Source: an uncultured Gammaproteobacteria bacterium (lineage in GTDB: Bacteria; Patescibacteriota; Patescibacteriia; UBA1558; GWA2-36-10). From it: a stretch of DNA of 64,000 nt. Below, in pieces: positions 55,160 to 64,000 of this stretch (position 1 is the first letter of the stretch; every line of letters begins with the position of its first letter). The position numbers and the translations under genes are program-made. A model generated the notes under the pieces. It worked only from the letters and a program-made list of their open reading frames with translations. It had not been told where the DNA came from and ran no database searches. The stretch is from positions 9,336 to 73,335 of the forward strand of contig CAZWIT010000004.1 of assembly GCA_964633905.1 (NCBI GenBank), in the 5' to 3' direction.

Positions 55160-56626
55160 TTATTTTTTTGTATAAAGGTAAAAATAAGCTTCAAAGTCGC
55201 CATAGTTTATTTTTTGTTCAGTATAATTTTTGGCTATATAATCATAAATAATTTTTGTTTGCTGTTCATGATTAGGGTTAGTAGCGGGCAGGTAAACAAT
55301 ATATTTTATATTTTTTGTTTGTAAATCATTTACAATTTCATATTTAGCCTCTTCACTTAGGTAGTCTTCAAAAACTATATCGTGACGAGTCGGATTAGCC
55401 TTGCTAGCAAAATTATAGTAATAAGCAGCATAAGGATAGATAAACACTTCTTTTTCCGGGATGTTTTTCAATACTTCCATAACACTTTTCACTATAGTGC
55501 TGGGTAGGAGACCAAAATATACTTGACCAATATCGGTGCTGACTGGGTACCAAGAATTTTTTTGAGTATAAATATCTATCCAGGGGAAATATAGTAAAAT
55601 ATATTGGATGAATAGAAAAATAGTGAGTATTATTTTAGGAAAATATTTATAGGGGATATTTATTTTATCTATTAAGTAAAATATTAAAATTAAAGAAAAA
55701 GTAGGATAAATATAGGCTAGGTGGATAAGGTCAAAGCGATATAAACAGGATAAAAATAAGCCAAGACTAATGACTAGATATAAAGATATTTGGCGGGGTT
55801 TATTTTTAATAAATATTAATAGTAATAAGAAAAGTTGATTAATAATAAATAGGTAAAATAAAAAATTTTTGGTTAATTTTATATAACCTAATTTAGGATA
55901 ATAATAGATATTGCTGATTATCAAGTTTTGCCAGACAGTCGCAATACCAGACTTTAGTATAAATGGGCTTATTAATATAGTAAAAGTCAATAAAACGCTT
56001 AGACAAAAAATTCCAGTTTTTTTAAGAGCAAATCTCCAAGTATTTTGTTTTTTTTCTTGCCACAATATCCAAAGGGCTATAATAATAGCAACTATTACAG
56101 TCTTGGTGTGTAAGAAAAATATTCCTAAGCCAAGACTAATACCACTAACTATTAAATATTTTGTTTTAGGATTGGTAATATATTTATTTAATTGCCAAAC
56201 AGATATTAAGGTCATTAGAGTAGCGAGCCAGTGGAAGGACAAAATATTATGTGAGGTATGCAGTAGCACGGCGAATATAAAAACAGCCAACATTGACCAA
56301 GCTTTATTTAAGATCAAACGGCTGTTTAAATAGATAAATATGCAGATTAACCAAGCAATAAAAATAGTGAGCAGGCTAGTGACTAAATAGTATTTGCCAA
56401 ATATAGCCCAAGCGCCAGCGAGTAGATAATAAATACCAGGTGGCACTAGGCTAAAAAAATCTCGAAAAGGAATTTTGCCAGATAAAACTCGTTCAGCTCC
56501 AGCTAAGATTAGACCTTCATCGCCCATGTCACTGGTGGTATTTATTTTAATTAGTACTAGAATAACTAGTATTATTATAAAATAAAAAATAGTAATTAGT
56601 TTATTTTTTAGTCGCGGGGTTTGCAT
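55160..56626 (-). CDS. Large polytopic membrane protein, probable second GT-C-type glycosyltransferase
   Basis: 488 aa, about 12 TM helices. DEG motif in the first loop (SDMGDEGLILAGAERV). Architecture parallels 52808-54376 but the sequence is not closely similar. Confidence 0.4.
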   Translation of the reverse strand: MQTPRLKNKLITIFYFIIILVILVLIKINTTSDMGDEGLILAGAERVLSGKIPFRDFFSLVPPGIYYLLAGAWAIFGKYYLVTSLLTIFIAWLICIFIYLNSRLILNKAWSMLAVFIFAVLLHTSHNILSFHWLATLMTLISVWQLNKYITNPKTKYLIVSGISLGLGIFFLHTKTVIVAIIIALWILWQEKKQNTWRFALKKTGIFCLSVLLTFTILISPFILKSGIATVWQNLIISNIYYYPKLGYIKLTKNFLFYLFIINQLFLLLLIFIKNKPRQISLYLVISLGLFLSCLYRFDLIHLAYIYPTFSLILIFYLIDKINIPYKYFPKIILTIFLFIQYILLYFPWIDIYTQKNSWYPVSTDIGQVYFGLLPSTIVKSVMEVLKNIPEKEVFIYPYAAYYYNFASKANPTRHDIVFEDYLSEEAKYEIVNDLQTKNIKYIVYLPATNPNHEQQTKIIYDYIAKNYTEQKINYGDFEAYFYLYTKK

Positions 56627-57201
56627 ATAAAGACAATGTGTTTATATATATGACGGGGTGAAAAGAAGCTATAACTTTTTTCAATATCAAAGTGTTGTTT
56701 AATAATATTTCTTAGTTCTTCTGGCATTCTAATGAAATTACCCTGGTCCAAACTGTATAATAATTTAGCGAGTGGATTTTTAGGATTAGGTTCTAGGTCG
56801 GCAATAATAATTTTATCTTTAGCAAGTATATTTACATGAGATAATAATTGTCTCACTTCATCACCAGAAAGGTGATGTAAAAAATTGACTATTAAGACTT
56901 TATCAAAATTTTTTTTGGGGAAGTCTATTTTTTGATAATCTTGGCAGAGATATTGATTTTGAGGATATTTTTTACGAGCGTAGCCAAGATAATTATTGTT
57001 TAAGTCGACACCGTAGTACTGGCCAGATATGTATTTACTAGCGTTGGATGTGCCACAAGCAATGTCTAATATTTTTTCTTCAGGTTTTATTTCTTTTAAT
57101 TCACTGATTTGTTTAAAAAAATCTCCAGCCCAAAGCCATTGGTTGGTTTGATAAATTTGGGGAGCCTGAAAAATTTTAGCAATAAATTGATTAACTATCA
57201 T
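56608..57201 (-). CDS. Class I SAM-dependent methyltransferase
   Basis: 197 aa. ILDIACGTSNAS motif I, Methyltransf_11-like. Confidence 0.75.
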   Translation of the reverse strand: MIVNQFIAKIFQAPQIYQTNQWLWAGDFFKQISELKEIKPEEKILDIACGTSNASKYISGQYYGVDLNNNYLGYARKKYPQNQYLCQDYQKIDFPKKNFDKVLIVNFLHHLSGDEVRQLLSHVNILAKDKIIIADLEPNPKNPLAKLLYSLDQGNFIRMPEELRNIIKQHFDIEKSYSFFSPRHIYKHIVFICKPRD

Positions 57202-57211
57202 GGCTAGAGAT

Positions 57212-57889
57212 TTATTTATTTTTTTTAGTTAATAAACAAACATATCTTAAGGGCAGGAAGAACAAGGGGATAGCCCTGGCTTGTAAGAGTGTTAGTTTAT
57301 TGTTAATTGCTTTTTTTAGTAAAGTTAAATCAAAGGCATGCAAATGCCATTCTTGCGTTACCGGGATATTTTTAAAGAAAAGAGAAAATAATTTAGTTTT
57401 AATTAAAATATTTTTAATAAAATCTATTTTTTTCTCATTAGGAATAGTAATAATGATTTTAGCGTCGTTTTTGGCTATCCGAGTTATTTCAGATATCAAT
57501 TTATCATAATCTAAAACGTGCTCAATCACCTCAGAACATAAGATATAATCAAAGAAGTTATCAGGGTAGTCTATATTTAAACCATCACCAGTTTTTATTT
57601 CAACAATATTTTTTTTGTCAGCCAATTTTTCCTTAGCCCTTTTAATGGCTTCATTGGATATATCCATTAGATACAACGAGCCTTCATTAATCCGGCTTTC
57701 AATGTAGGCTTCACCACAACCAATTGATAAAAATTTTTGGTCCTTGTTTATTTTGATAAAGTTTTGGATAGTTTTTAGTCTTTTATTTTCTATCCAACGT
57801 ACGATTGGGTTAGGGTGTAAATATAATCTTTCATTATTATATTTAACAAACATTTCTTCATTCCAATCTAAAAATTCTTTATTATCCAT
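57212..57889 (-). CDS. Class I SAM-dependent methyltransferase
   Basis: 225 aa. FLSIGCGEAY motif I and LYLMDIS post-I. Confidence 0.75.
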   Translation of the reverse strand: MDNKEFLDWNEEMFVKYNNERLYLHPNPIVRWIENKRLKTIQNFIKINKDQKFLSIGCGEAYIESRINEGSLYLMDISNEAIKRAKEKLADKKNIVEIKTGDGLNIDYPDNFFDYILCSEVIEHVLDYDKLISEITRIAKNDAKIIITIPNEKKIDFIKNILIKTKLFSLFFKNIPVTQEWHLHAFDLTLLKKAINNKLTLLQARAIPLFFLPLRYVCLLTKKNK

Positions 57890-58610
57890 ATATTTTAAAT
57901 TTTATTAAATTATTTATAAATTCCCAAATTGATTTAATTAGTTTTACTTTACTTTTGCGACCAATATTACGAGTCTCTACCCAGTTGACCGGTATCTCGC
58001 AAATTTTTAGTTTAGCTCGCTCAACTAAGAATATGAGTTCGGAATCAAAAAACCATTTATCATCTTTAGTTTTAGCAATAAATTCTTGAATTACTCTTTG
58101 ATTAAAACCCTTAAAACCGCACTGTAAATCTGAGATCTTGGTGCCAACTATTAATTTAGCAAAAAATATATAAGAACGAGAAATTATTTCCCTTAAAATT
58201 GATCTTTGTATTTTTGATTGTTGATGAAAGCGAGAGCCAATCACTAAGTCAAAATTTTCTTCGTCTAATTTCTTTATTAATAATGGTAGAGCAATCAAAT
58301 CAGTGGCTAAGTCTATGTCCATATAAGCGCAATAGTCAGCTGTAGAATTTAAAAAAGCAGAACGAAGTGCTTGGCCCCGGCCTGGTTCAGATGAGTATAG
58401 GTATTTTATATTAGTATTGGCAGTTAATTTTTTACCAATAATTGGAGTTTCATCAGTAGAGCCGTTATCAGCGATGGTAATTTGCCAATCATAGCTGGCT
58501 AATTCTTTTTGGCAAAAAGTTTGCAAAATATTGATATTTGCTTGTAGGATTTCCTGTTCATTAAAGACGGGAATAACTATATTAAATTTTTTCTTAGCTT
58601 CCTCTGGCAT
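57882..58610 (-). CDS. GT2 glycosyltransferase, DPM1-like polyprenyl-phosphate sugar synthase
   Basis: 242 aa. FNIVIPVFNEQE…IADNGSTDET (DxD), DPM1-like. Confidence 0.8.
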   Translation of the reverse strand: MPEEAKKKFNIVIPVFNEQEILQANINILQTFCQKELASYDWQITIADNGSTDETPIIGKKLTANTNIKYLYSSEPGRGQALRSAFLNSTADYCAYMDIDLATDLIALPLLIKKLDEENFDLVIGSRFHQQSKIQRSILREIISRSYIFFAKLIVGTKISDLQCGFKGFNQRVIQEFIAKTKDDKWFFDSELIFLVERAKLKICEIPVNWVETRNIGRKSKVKLIKSIWEFINNLIKFKIYG

Positions 58611-58671
58611 GGTAGATTATTAGCTTAATTTTACACTGTAAACTGAAAATTTGCCATACCTATTTTGATTT

Positions 58672-58806
58672 TTTAGTTAAAATGAAAATGGACCCCGCCT
58701 ATTCGCCTACGGCTCATGACGGGGCGAGCACGATGGTTTATTTTTTGAGGCAAGCTTTGATAATGATCGTTTTTTTAAAGAAGTTTAGTTAAAATGAAAA
58801 TGTACC
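58672..58806 (-). repeat. Direct duplication of the ychF 3' end: 19-nt tttagttaaaatgaaaatg (23 nt with one mismatch) at 58672-58694 and 58784-58806
   Basis: Seen in sequence. The copy at 58784 comprises the last 6 codons plus the stop of ychF. The other copy lies 112 nt downstream of it. Confidence 0.7.
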
Positions 58807-59846
58807 GTATCGCCATCTTGGATTTCGTATTCTTTACCCTCCATACGTAACATGCCTTTTTCTTTGGCGCCTATCCAAGAGCCACAATTTAATAGATCTT
58901 GCCAATTAATAACTTCAGCTCTAATAAAACCTTTTTCAAAATCAGTATGAATTACACCGGCAGCTTGAGGAGCTTTAGCGCCTTTATTTACTGTCCAAGC
59001 TTTACTTTCCATGGGGCCAGTGGTAATAAAAGTAATTAAGCCCAAAAGTTCATAGCTAGCTTGAATTAAATTATTTAAACCGCTGGTTTTGATGCCTAAT
59101 TCTTTGATATATTCTTGGGCTTCATCTGGACTTAAGTCAGCTAGCTCGGCTTCGATTTTAGCGCAAATCGCAATCGAGTTAGCTGGTAAATTTAAATTTT
59201 TATTAATATCAGCCTCATCAACATTGTATAAATAGATAATAGGTTTACTGCTTAATAAATTTAAGGGTTTTAAAATTTTTTGTTCATCAGTTGACCAGTC
59301 GTTTTGATTTAAGAGTTGGTTATTTTCAAGTAGTGTTTTAGCTTTATCTAAAACTATTTTTTCTTTATCCAAAGTTTTGTCATAAGCACCTTTCATTTTA
59401 CTTTTGACTTTATCTAAATGTTTGGTTAAAGTTTCTAGGTCTGACAAAATTAATTCTAGATTAATAATTTGTTTATCATATTCAGGATCAATTTTACCAT
59501 GCACATGAATTACGTCTTTGTCAGTAAAATGTCTAATGACTTGGACAATGGCATCTACCTCACGGATGTTGGCTAAAAATTTATTACCTAAACCCTGGCC
59601 CTCGGAGGCTCCTTTGACCAGGCCAGCAATATCGACAAAATCAATAGTAGTAGGAACTATTTTTGCGGAACTGGAAAGCACAGCTAGTTTATCTAGACGT
59701 TCATCAGGGACTGCTACCACACCAACATTAGGATCAATAGTACAAAAAGGGTAGTTGGCAATATCTACTTTGTTTTTAGTTAAAGCTTTGAATAGAGTTG
59801 ATTTGCCGACATTAGGTAGGCCGACAATACCTAGAGAAAAAGACAT
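58785..59846 (-). CDS. ychF: Ribosome-binding ATPase YchF (Obg-family)
   Basis: 353 aa. [13 protein letters not shown]1, TGS C-terminal domain ending …GDTVHFHFN. Confidence 0.95.
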   Translation of the reverse strand: MSFSLGIVGLPNVGKSTLFKALTKNKVDIANYPFCTIDPNVGVVAVPDERLDKLAVLSSSAKIVPTTIDFVDIAGLVKGASEGQGLGNKFLANIREVDAIVQVIRHFTDKDVIHVHGKIDPEYDKQIINLELILSDLETLTKHLDKVKSKMKGAYDKTLDKEKIVLDKAKTLLENNQLLNQNDWSTDEQKILKPLNLLSSKPIIYLYNVDEADINKNLNLPANSIAICAKIEAELADLSPDEAQEYIKELGIKTSGLNNLIQASYELLGLITFITTGPMESKAWTVNKGAKAPQAAGVIHTDFEKGFIRAEVINWQDLLNCGSWIGAKEKGMLRMEGKEYEIQDGDTVHFHFN

Positions 59847-59939
59847 AATTTAGCAATAAATTTAGTTAAAAGTAAACTGATTAAATCATAAATTTGTATA
59901 AAAAGCAATCATTGGTTATAATAAGGCTACTTAAATTTT

Positions 59940-61958
59940 TTGATGCTGACAATTGACTTTAAAAATGAATTAAACGACGAACAATACCGAGCGGTCAGTG
60001 CTGCAGACGGTCAGGCTTTGGTGCTAGCTGGTGCTGGTTCTGGTAAAACCAGAGTTTTAGTTTATCGAGTAGCTTGGTTGATTAATCAAGGAGTAGATCC
60101 TGAAAAAATATTGCTACTTACTTTTACTAATAAAGCCGCTAATCAAATGATGGCGCGCGTGCAGAGCTTGTTGGGTAAAAAAAGTAACGAGCCTTTATAT
60201 TTATGGGGTGGCACTTTTCATAGTGTAGCCAATAGGTTATTAAAAAAATACGGACACTATTTAGACTTACCTGCTAACTTTAGTATTATTGATGAAGAAG
60301 ATAGGAAATCCTTGATTAAAAGTATTAGTAAAGGTTTTTGGGATAATTTGGGTATTAAACCAGCACCTTCGCCAGCAGTTATTTCAGAAACGCTTAGTTT
60401 TAGTATTAATGCTCAACTTTCTTTGGCAGAAAGCTTAGAACAAAAATTTATTGAGTGGCAACCATTTTATCAATATTTTGAAAAGATTGTAGCCGAATAT
60501 CAACAGCGCAAAAAACTTAGCCATTTATTAGATTTTGATGATTTATTATTGCAGTGGTATAGACTTACCTTAAATGAGCAAGCTCTAAAATCCATGCAAG
60601 CTAAGTGGGAGCATATTTTAGTTGATGAGTACCAAGATACTAATACTTTGCAGGCTAAGATTATTACTAATTTAGCAGGAAAAAATAAAAATATTTTAGT
60701 AGTAGGAGATGATGCTCAAAGTATTTATTCTTTTCGGGCAGCTAATATTCAAAACATTTTAGATTTTCCTAAAAATTTTAGCAATTGCCAAATTTATAAG
60801 TTGGAAAATAATTATCGTTCTACACCAGAAATTATTAGGGTGGCCAATCAGATTGTGGTTAATCAATTACCCGAGTTTAGTAAACAGCTAAAAGCTCAGC
60901 GTCAGAATTTTGTCCGACCAGAGCTCGTTGCCGTAAACGACAATTTAGCCGAAGCTAGATTTATAGTTAATAAGATAGAGGAGTTGTTGAATCAAGGTGT
61001 GACCGCCAGTAACATTGCGATTTTATTTCGCGCTTCGCATCACGCTCAAAATATTGAAATGGAACTTAATCGGCGCGCTTTAAAATATGAAATGCGCGGG
61101 GGTTTGAAGTTTTTTGAACGAGCTCATGTCAAAGACGTAATAGCTTGGTTAAAGATTTTATATAATCATCGCGATGAAGTGGCAGCTTTAAGAATTTTAC
61201 AAATGTATCAAGGCATTGGACCAAAAGCAGCGCAAACAATTTATAAAACTTTAAGTAAGGCCGATGATTTGGGTAGTGCTATTCAGCAAGATTTAGCCTT
61301 AGGTGCTCAAGCTAGTATTGGTTGGCAACAGGCTAAAAATTTACTTACGATTTTACTTAAGGAAGAAAATAAAAATTTATTAAGATTAATGCAGTTAATC
61401 ATTGAACATTATCATGATTATCTTTTGGAATCTTTTCCTGACTATCGTCAGCGTCAAGAAGATTTAGAGCAATTGATTAATTTCGCTGGGACTTATGAGT
61501 CTTTAGATCAGTTTTTAAGCGAGGTGGTTTTGCAAGAAAATTATACTTTAACTAATACCAATAAATTTACTCCGGCTATAGTTTTGAGTACTGTTCATCA
61601 AGCCAAGGGTTTAGAATGGTCGGCAGTATTTTTAATCAATCTTACTACGCAAGCTTTTCCGCACCCACTAGCAACGAGCGAAGAGGAACAGGCGGAAGAG
61701 CGACGTTTGTTTTATGTAGCAGTTACCAGAGCCAAGGATTATCTTTATTTATTATATCCGCTAATGTCTTGGACCAGAGGTACGGAAAAAACTTTACAAC
61801 CGTCGCCTTTTTTATATGAAATTGATAGTCAAAATTTAAATTATAATAAACTAGCTAGCACCACTTTGGGGGCTAGTCAAGATGGCTTAGAATATGTAGT
61901 GGATGCAGACAATGTGAAAAATGGCGATAGTTTTTTGCCAGATATTAGCGAATGGTAA
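59940..61958 (+). CDS. UvrD/PcrA/Rep-family ATP-dependent DNA helicase
   Basis: 672 aa. Motif I LAGAGSGKTRVL, motif II LVDEYQDTN, motifs IV-VI (…VTRAKDYLYL). Confidence 0.9.
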   Translation: MMLTIDFKNELNDEQYRAVSAADGQALVLAGAGSGKTRVLVYRVAWLINQGVDPEKILLLTFTNKAANQMMARVQSLLGKKSNEPLYLWGGTFHSVANRLLKKYGHYLDLPANFSIIDEEDRKSLIKSISKGFWDNLGIKPAPSPAVISETLSFSINAQLSLAESLEQKFIEWQPFYQYFEKIVAEYQQRKKLSHLLDFDDLLLQWYRLTLNEQALKSMQAKWEHILVDEYQDTNTLQAKIITNLAGKNKNILVVGDDAQSIYSFRAANIQNILDFPKNFSNCQIYKLENNYRSTPEIIRVANQIVVNQLPEFSKQLKAQRQNFVRPELVAVNDNLAEARFIVNKIEELLNQGVTASNIAILFRASHHAQNIEMELNRRALKYEMRGGLKFFERAHVKDVIAWLKILYNHRDEVAALRILQMYQGIGPKAAQTIYKTLSKADDLGSAIQQDLALGAQASIGWQQAKNLLTILLKEENKNLLRLMQLIIEHYHDYLLESFPDYRQRQEDLEQLINFAGTYESLDQFLSEVVLQENYTLTNTNKFTPAIVLSTVHQAKGLEWSAVFLINLTTQAFPHPLATSEEEQAEERRLFYVAVTRAKDYLYLLYPLMSWTRGTEKTLQPSPFLYEIDSQNLNYNKLASTTLGASQDGLEYVVDADNVKNGDSFLPDISEW

Positions 61959-61992
61959 TATCTCTTAAATTTGTTATAATAAATTCAATCAT

Positions 61993-62775
61993 ATGCCAGA
62001 TAAAATAGTTTTAGATTTAGAAACTAAAAAAACTTTTGATGAAGTTGGCGGCCAACATAACCGTCATTTATTAGGAGTGTCTTTAGTGGGTATTTATTCT
62101 TATAATCGTGATAAATATCGTTCTTTTAGAGAAGAAGAATTTCCAGAGCTTTTAAAATTATTGCAAGATACGGAATTAGTTATTGGTTTTAATAGTAAGA
62201 GTTTTGACTTCACTGTTTTACAGCCGTATTTTAAAGGTTTTGATTTAGGTCAGATTAAACATTTAGATATTTTAGAAGAAATAGTTTTTTCTTTAGGGCA
62301 TCGTTTAAAGTTAGAAACTGTTGCTCAAAGTACTTTGGGTTATGGTAAGTCTGGCTCGGGACTTGATGCTATTATGTATTATCATCAGCAAGACTGGGAG
62401 AGTTTAAGTAAATATTGTCTAGATGATGTAAAAGTAACGCGTGAAGTATATGAGTACGGTCTAAATCATGGTTATATCTGGTATACTAATTCTGGTCAAA
62501 AAGAAAAAATTATGGCCCGTTGGTATCAAAATAATAAACCAACCGTAGAAGAACGTTTGCGTCTAGCCCTAAGTAAGGGAGAGCAATTAGAAATAGAATA
62601 TATCGATGAACAAGGTAAAGTAAGTCATCGGCGTATTGATATTCAGCAAATCAAAGGAACTAAAGTCAAAGCTTTTTGTCATTTGCGCGAGGCAATTCGG
62701 ATTTTTGATTTAGATAAGATCAAAGATGTAAAAGCAGTTGGTAAAATGAATAGTTGGCAGGGGAGTTTACTTTAG
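61993..62775 (+). CDS. RNase H-like 3'-5' exonuclease (YprB/PolB-exo-like) with a ~80-aa C-terminal extension
   Basis: 260 aa. LDLETKKT (Exo I), GFNSKSFDF, and YxxxD near DVKVTREVY. The C-terminal region resembles a small beta-rich domain of unknown type. Confidence 0.5.
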   Translation: MPDKIVLDLETKKTFDEVGGQHNRHLLGVSLVGIYSYNRDKYRSFREEEFPELLKLLQDTELVIGFNSKSFDFTVLQPYFKGFDLGQIKHLDILEEIVFSLGHRLKLETVAQSTLGYGKSGSGLDAIMYYHQQDWESLSKYCLDDVKVTREVYEYGLNHGYIWYTNSGQKEKIMARWYQNNKPTVEERLRLALSKGEQLEIEYIDEQGKVSHRRIDIQQIKGTKVKAFCHLREAIRIFDLDKIKDVKAVGKMNSWQGSLL

Positions 62776-62806
62776 CTACTCTTTTTGTATGGCCAAAAAG
62801 AGTAGC
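62775..62806 (+). other. Perfect 13-bp stem hairpin (gctactctttttg-tatggc-caaaaagagtagc) abutting the exonuclease stop codon; no U-tract
   Basis: Seen in sequence. Confidence 0.6.
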
Positions 62807-62841
62807 CAGAAAAAGCCACTGACCAATAGAAAAATTTAAAT

Positions 62842-62946
62842 AATTTGCTACGCTCAATCGCTATTTTTGCGAACTCCCCATTCGACTCGCTTCGCTCGCT
62901 CAGGGTCAGACAGCGCAAAAATAAGCGCGATTTCCGCTAGCAAATT
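62842..62946. repeat. ~105-nt element: imperfect ~30-nt inverted repeats (aatttgcta…tatttttgcg / cgcaaaaata…tagcaaatt) flanking a 42-nt GC-richer core
   Basis: The terminal 9 and 10 nt of the arms are perfect reverse complements. Lies in the 5' region of the NUDIX gene. Confidence 0.5.
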
Positions 62947-62984
62947 ATGGCATTTTTCTAGAGGTCAGATATTTTTTTAAAAAA

Positions 62985-63374
62985 ATGAGAGTAGCAGCAA
63001 TTATTATTAAAAATGATAAATTACTATTAATGCATCGTTTTAAAAATGGTGAGGAGTATTATACTTTATTAGGTGGTAGTATAGAAGATGGTGAGAATTT
63101 AGAGCAAGCTTTAGTCAGAGAAATTAAAGAAGAAGCAAATTTAGACGTAGATAATTTAGAATTTCTCTGGCAGTTTGATAATAGAGGTAGGGAGGATAAT
63201 TATTTTTTAGTTAAAAATTTTTTAGGCGAATTAAAATTAGGCGAGCCAGAATTAAGTCGGCAAAATGAAAATAATAAATATATTCCGATTTGGGTAAATT
63301 TGACTGATCTTAAGAATATTGATTTAAAGCCAGTAGAGATTAAGGAAAAAATTTTAGCCAAATTTGTAAAATAA
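62985..63374 (+). CDS. NUDIX hydrolase
   Basis: 129 aa. Nudix box GGSIEDGENLEQALVREIKEEANL. Confidence 0.85.
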   Translation: MRVAAIIIKNDKLLLMHRFKNGEEYYTLLGGSIEDGENLEQALVREIKEEANLDVDNLEFLWQFDNRGREDNYFLVKNFLGELKLGEPELSRQNENNKYIPIWVNLTDLKNIDLKPVEIKEKILAKFVK

Positions 63375-63393
63375 AAAAACTACTTTTTTATTG

Positions 63394-63468
63394 TCACCCT
63401 GAACTTGCTTCAGGGTCTCCAACTAACTAAAATAATTTGGAGATGCTGAAATAAATTCAACATGACAG
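63394..63468 (+). repeat. Copy 2 of the ~75-nt hairpin repeat element (see 50744-50818)
   Basis: tcaCcctgaacttgCttcaggGtctccaa…tttggagatgctgaaataaattcaacatgacag. Hairpins accctgaa/ttcagggt and tctccaa/ttggaga. Confidence 0.75.
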
Positions 63469-63485
63469 TTTGTGCTAGTAGTTTT

Positions 63486-64000
63486 TTATTTTTTATTATT
63501 TTTATGCAACTGTACGGTATTATATAAAAGCATAGCTACTGTCATCGGTCCGACACCACCAGGTACCGGGGTAATGTGTCCTACTTTTTCAAAAACATCG
63601 CTATAATCAACATCGCCTACAACAGTCTCACCAACTTTATTAGTGCCAATATCGATAACGATAGCATTGTTTTTTACCATATTAGCTTTAATGAAAAAGG
63701 CTTGGCCAATAGCCACAATTAAAATATCGGCTTGGCTTGTGTATTTGCTTAGGTCGGGATTTTTGGGGTCAACTAATTGAGCACTAATTTTTTTGTCAGC
63801 CAGTATTTTAGTTAAGGGTTGATAAAAAACATCATTTTTAGCAATAATTACTGCTTGTTTGCCACTTAAATTTTCTTGAGTGGCTTCTAATAATTTTATA
63901 ATACCCAAAGCTAAGCCTGGTATAAAAGTATTGGTTCCAGCCAGTATTTTTTTTATATTAGCTGGGTGAAAGCCATCGACATCTTTATTAGGATTAATAG
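63486..64000 (-). CDS. folD: Bifunctional methylenetetrahydrofolate dehydrogenase/cyclohydrolase FolD (C-terminal ~170 aa; N-terminus beyond the window end)
   Basis: TPVPGGVGPMTVAMLL motif. The reading frame stays open upstream of the first Met to position 64000 (…DVDGFHPANIKKILAGTNTFIPGLALG…). Confidence 0.85.
   Translation of the reverse strand, partial: INPNKDVDGFHPANIKKILAGTNTFIPGLALGIIKLLEATQENLSGKQAVIIAKNDVFYQPLTKILADKKISAQLVDPKNPDLSKYTSQADILIVAIGQAFFIKANMVKNNAIVIDIGTNKVGETVVGDVDYSDVFEKVGHITPVPGGVGPMTVAMLLYNTVQLHKNNKK

Noticed and set aside
29436-62915. Shared CCATTCGACT…CTCAGGGT motif at 29436-29458 and 62879-62909 (and CCCATTCACC hairpin at 5424-5447)
   Set aside because: 10-mer matches are expected many times by chance in 64 kb, and the spacing differs between the two sites. 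Not enough to call a repeat family.

Overview
AT-rich window that looks like a reduced bacterial genome (Patescibacteria/CPR-like by gene content, small proteins and type IV pilus genes), standard genetic code. It is mostly housekeeping and translation genes: truB, rpsT, holA, polA, rarA, tig, nusA, glmS, trmB, tsaD, tsaE, valS, ftsH, rpsA, gyrA, ruvB, queH, queA, ychF, uvrD/pcrA, folD. It also has a membrane H+/Na+ pyrophosphatase and four tRNAs (Gly-GCC, Leu-TAA, Cys-GCA, Glu-TTC). I found no CRISPR array, rRNA or recognisable transposase/integrase. Non-housekeeping content: (1) a type IV pilus locus (PilB, PilC, four prepilin-like proteins). One prepilin is a 632-aa pilin carrying LVIVD beta-propeller repeats and another is a PilX-like minor pilin with a PA14 domain. 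A second PilB paralog lies 14 kb away. (2) A 6-gene surface glycosylation cluster pairing two DPM1-like GT2 polyprenyl-phosphate-sugar synthases with two GT-C type (ArnT/PMT-like) membrane transferases and two SAM methyltransferases. (3) A compact nucleotide-salvage trio (LOG-like, PfkB kinase, PRTase) next to a YerC/TrpR-like regulator. (4) A two-copy ~75-nt dual/triple-hairpin repeat with compensatory substitutions, one copy fused into the queH 3' end. (5) Short direct duplications of the 3' ends of tRNA-Gly and of ychF, resembling att-site scars. (6) A candidate leader-peptide/terminator attenuator upstream of an MFS efflux pump. (7) An inverted-repeat element upstream of a NUDIX gene. All functional calls are from reading the translated ORFs and the DNA by eye. 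No database search was run.
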